Shown: positions 61,990 through 64,000 of the stretch, piece after piece
Layout of the letters: every line of letters starts with the position of its first letter
Numbering within the stretch: the stretch's first letter is position 1
NCBI GenBank assembly: GCA_040437565.1
Contig: JBDOQK010000034.1
Location: 310,001-374,000 of the forward strand
DNA length: 64,000 nucleotides
From: Albugo candida
Taxonomy: Eukaryota
Reading direction: 5' to 3'
Position numbers and translations under genes: made by a program
The notes under the pieces: generated by a model
Told to the model about the DNA's origin: nothing
Seen by the model: only the letters and a program-made list of their open reading frames with translations
Databases searched by the model: none

Positions 61990-63219
61990 AAGTGTCTTGC
62001 ACTATACCTACCTCTGCAATGGAGATTTGTAATAAGCACAGTGCTGGTCGTGGCTGACATATCGATTCTACCTACAAAACCAACAGATATGGGCTCCACC
62101 TCCTCCATATAATTGGCATCACAGCAACAAATAGCACCTTCACATTTGTATGCTGCTATATGAAGAACGAGACTTCGGCAGACTACTTATGGGAAATGCG
62201 CCATGTTGAAGAAAGTTTTGGAAGATACGGCCTACAGCATGCAGCACTCATCTTTGTCACTGATCGAAAGCTTGCGCTGCTGAGAGCGCTTTCAGTGACG
62301 TTTCCTAATGCATCTTGCTTGCCTGTTTTGACGCTGACATACCAGCAGGAGCATTGTTGCCAAGCAAAGAGAAGAATTTTTAACCTCAGAAGCCTGGCAA
62401 AAATCTAACCAAGCGTGGAACCAACTTGTTGCCACCACATCTATTACAGATATTTAGAATCAACTTTCAAAAATGTATGCCACCTTACCTGCAGATTCGA
62501 TGAGCTACCTTGAGACAACTTAGTTGGTTTACAAAGAGCGGTTTGTTGCTGCTTTACTGCATAATAAGCGTCATTATGGGCATGTAACAGCATTCCGGAT
62601 GGAGAGCGCCCATGCTGCCCTCCAAAAATGGATCTCTGTGTCAACAGGTAATTTGTNNNNNNNNNNNNNNNNNNNNNNNNNNNNNNNNNNNNNNNNNNNN
62701 NNNNNNNNNNNNNNNNNNNNNNNNNNNNNNNNNNNNNNNNNNNNNNNNNNNNNNNNGAAGTTTGAGCATGTTAGCGCTGCCTTGGTTGCTCCTGTGCATC
62801 GCCGAAGATGTCTGAAATGCCAAAAGACAGGCCACATGGCCAGAACCTGCCTTCAATAAGCAACATAAGCACCAACAGCACTAACAACGCCAGCAACACC
62901 TGCAGCAGTAGATTAAATATAGATATGGAGAAAGTCGGACAAAATTGCAGAAATCGAAGTTTTTTTTTGATTTTATAGTATTTAATCCGTTGCATCTACT
63001 CAGACCAATCAGAGGCCACGCTTTATAATAATTTATGAAGGGTGGGGGATGAATAACAATTCCCATTGTGTAGAAGTGTGTGTAGCGTGAATCAAAAGGA
63101 AATGAAAAGGGAGTGCGTATAACAATTTCCTAAATATAAATAAAAAGTATACATGGTATAATTATGTGTGCCACCTAAGGGAGCAAATGTGACCAAATAG
63201 GGAGTAAATAGTAATTCCC
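61990..63219 (+). mobile_element. Second MULE family relic: DDE domain, C-terminal zinc knuckle and right terminus
   Basis: Motifs IDSTYKTNRYGLHLLHIIG, FVTDRKLALLRAL, HYGHVTAFRMESAHAALQKWI and CLKCQKTGHMARTC. Putative terminus ...GGGAGTAAATAGTAATTCCC. Gap at 62657-62756. Confidence 0.82.
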
Positions 63220-64000
63220 GTTAAGAATTGTAGGGAAATGCGTCGAGCTCGGTAAAATTTTGAGAACAACGCGCATACGAGGAGCCTTAGGAAAACGTGT
63301 AGGATTAAATCCGGAATCAAGCGAATCAGGTGTCGAAATTCCTGACGAAGCTTAAACTTCTCGCTCGAGTCATGCTTTCACCAACTCATTTGCCTCATTT
63401 TTTTGCATCCTTGAGAAGCCCTTTTCATACATTTAAGATTGATCAAAACAGCGAAAAAGTCATGTTTTCGTTCCCTGCCTTGGCTTTTTGACCTGATTTT
63501 AAGGTGTAGCAAACCTAAGTTCGTCCTGATACAATAAAATTATATAGGTTTTCTGTAGTTGCCGTTAGGCTCGAAATTGTGCCAAATATGGAACACTCTC
63601 GCAAGTAGCACACTCACATCCTATGGGTTATCTATCCTTGTATATTTGAGTGCTCATTATTCGATTCGCTTTCGACTTCACATTCCTGACTGGACGAATG
63701 GAGAAAAATGCATCATACTGCTTTCAATGGATAGGGATCATCGCATTCTTGATGATCAATTCGATTCGGCAGCTGGATAAGAGCGACAACGACAAGAAAA
63801 CGGTGATAGACGATGATGGAAGAGATCAGTAGTGGTGGCGATGGAGGTCGCAACACGCGCTTGTAAAGGTAGCAGCGATAACAATACACGCGAAAGGGAT
63901 AAATAGTGCGAAGCTTACAGGATCTTTAGCGGGAAACCAACGCTTTCACTCCGCAATAAAATAATAGCGGCAGCGGCGTTTCATTGGTTTGAGGATAATG

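Larger units (their letters stand above)
3073..62756. other. Twelve 100-N scaffold gaps
   Basis: Gaps start at 3073, 13766, 19726, 25411, 28161, 33611, 40350, 41149, 49523, 54022, 57857 and 62657. Duplicated flanks of 568, 577, 66, 22, 279, 66, 229 and 247 bp occur at 3073, 13766, 19726, 25411, 40350, 41149, 49523 and 57857. No real overlap at the other four. Confidence 0.95.

Overview
Eukaryotic draft-scaffold window, most likely from an oomycete that makes flagellated zoospores. An Albugo-like source is inferred from the axonemal dynein, ~50-60 nt introns, very short intergenic gaps and the transposon families; the sequence alone cannot prove it. There are two compartments. (1) 1-23 kb is compact and gene-dense: a partial zinc-finger ORF, proteasome alpha-7, a Tim17-family-like membrane protein, RPL9, an AGFG-type ArfGAP, one intronless inner-arm dynein heavy chain (~4604 aa after removing two assembly overlaps), and an unusual Cdc37-N-like motif + MYND + Aha1_N fusion gene. 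(2) 23-64 kb is gene-sparse and packed with nested, mostly decayed transposons: a split RTE-like LINE, a tRNA-derived SINE with a TSD, three Tc1/mariner-superfamily relics, a chromodomain Gypsy element holding a full-length L1/Tx1-like LINE (16-bp TSD), a Copia element, two MULE families and a MULE-derived MITE. It also holds a ~0.68-kb tandem repeat and orphan Cys-containing ORFs that may be effector-like. There are twelve 100-N gaps; eight are flanked by duplicated sequence (unmerged contig overlaps), which creates false duplications and frameshifts. All gene models were spliced by eye and family names come from recalled motifs, not database searches.
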